A DNA stretch of 24,000 bases. Source: an uncultured Actinomycetes bacterium (GTDB taxonomy: Bacteria; Actinomycetota; CADDZG01; WHSQ01). Positions 23,383 through 24,000 of this stretch are shown piece by piece. How positions within the stretch are numbered: position 1 is the stretch's first letter; each line of letters starts with the position of its first letter. The position numbers and the translations under genes are program-made. Location: assembly GCA_963786155.1 (NCBI GenBank), contig CAWAXW010000006.1, positions 1,693,951-1,717,950 of the forward strand. Direction: 5' to 3'. The notes beneath the pieces were generated by a model. That model was given only the letters and a program-made list of their open reading frames with translations, was not told the DNA's origin and made no database searches.

Positions 23383-24000
23383 CCCGCCGCATGGCTCGCC
23401 AGGCGAAGCCGATCAGCACAGCCGCCATCCCCGCGATCGCCACGAGGCCGGGCCAGGTGTGGGCCCAGGTCACTTCGCCGAGGAAGCCTTGGCGCGCCAA
23501 TTGGAAGACGTAGGTGACTGGGTTGAACCGCGCGACGGTTTGAAGCCAACCCGTCAACAACTCCAGCGGCATCTGGGCGGTTGAGAGGAAAACTGTTAGG
23601 AGCACGCCCATCTGCATGAGGGGTGCCGCCTGTTGGGTCTTGAAGCGCAGCGCCAGCAACAAAGCCCACGACCCTGCGACCAGGGAGAAGCCCAGGCATG
23701 CGGCGACGAGGGTCAGGGCCCCGAGCAAACCTCCATAGAAATGCGCGCCGGTGATAACCGCTATCGAAAGCATCAGCGTCGTCGGGATAAACGCCCGCAA
23801 CACGGACGCGACCAGTGGCCCCGCCAACAGAGCGCCGCGCGGGGCGGGGCTTGATAGCAGCCGGTCGTAGAAACCCGATTCCAGATCTCGAGCGACACCC
23901 ATACCCGTCGTGATCCCGGCGAAGGCGCTTCCCTGGACCGCGGTCATCGGGATGAACCAGTCCAGGATCTCGTCGGCGGGGAACCCGGGGAGCAGGACCA
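23372..24000 (-). CDS. ABC-2 type transporter permease (N-terminal end runs off the window end)
   Basis: ORF 23372..23947 is multi-helix and hydrophobic: ...LLAGPLVASVLRAFIPTTLMLSIAVITGA...FNPVTYVFQLARQ. The frame stays open upstream to 24000 (VLLPGFPADEILDWFIPM...). It overlaps the Crp-family gene's 3' end by 11 nt. Confidence 0.8.
   Translation of the reverse strand, partial: VLLPGFPADEILDWFIPMTAVQGSAFAGITTGMGVARDLESGFYDRLLSSPAPRGALLAGPLVASVLRAFIPTTLMLSIAVITGAHFYGGLLGALTLVAACLGFSLVAGSWALLLALRFKTQQAAPLMQMGVLLTVFLSTAQMPLELLTGWLQTVARFNPVTYVFQLARQGFLGEVTWAHTWPGLVAIAGMAAVLIGFAWRAMRRVID

Noticed and set aside
1-24000. Mobile elements, prophage or defence islands
   Set aside because: No integrase, transposase, terminal inverted repeats or direct repeats flanking the tRNA genes were seen. 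The STAND ATPases here are of the cyclase/TPR regulatory type common in Actinobacteria and lack nuclease or other effector domains.

Overview
High-GC, tightly packed, Actinomycetota-like chromosomal segment. I saw no transposase, integrase, CRISPR array or rRNA. All domain calls come from reading motifs in the supplied translations and my own translations; no searches were run.

Left to right:
- a partial DUF899 thioredoxin-like gene (-)
- a RibD_C/DHFR-family gene with a broken frame (-)
- a GNAT acetyltransferase (-)
- a small lipoprotein (-)
- two small membrane-protein ORFs
- a second broken DHFR-family gene (+)
- tRNA-Val(GAC) and tRNA-Cys(GCA) (-)
- a translationally coupled biotin operon, bioA-bioF-bioD-bioB, followed by a coupled 59-aa Cys-rich zinc-ribbon ORF that resembles the actinobacterial biotin synthase auxiliary protein
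- an RsbW-type ATP-binding protein
- a 1066-aa protein combining a zinc ribbon, a class III nucleotidyl cyclase, a STAND ATPase and TPR repeats
- a PAP2/vanadium-haloperoxidase-like lipoprotein
- a second cyclase-STAND paralogue with degenerate cyclase motifs and a broken frame
- two tandem ~850-aa secreted proteins (-) built from a beta-helix, an Ig-like domain and Ca-binding-type repeats
- divergent from those, a cNMP-binding/HD-GYP phosphodiesterase and a Crp/Fnr regulator (+)
- a partial ABC-2 permease (-)

Most interesting:
1. The tandem secreted proteins carry a cysteine at an exact 18-residue period inside their beta-roll-type repeats. Both end in a conserved disulfide-loop plus lysine-rich tail (...SCEKKKTxxKRNNM).
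2. These proteins sit inside a cyclic-nucleotide signalling neighbourhood: an intact cyclase, a pseudo-cyclase, CAP_ED-HD-GYP and Crp.
3. Three genes each carry a net +1 reading-frame break.
4. A ~50-nt GC-rich element is present twice in intergenic DNA.
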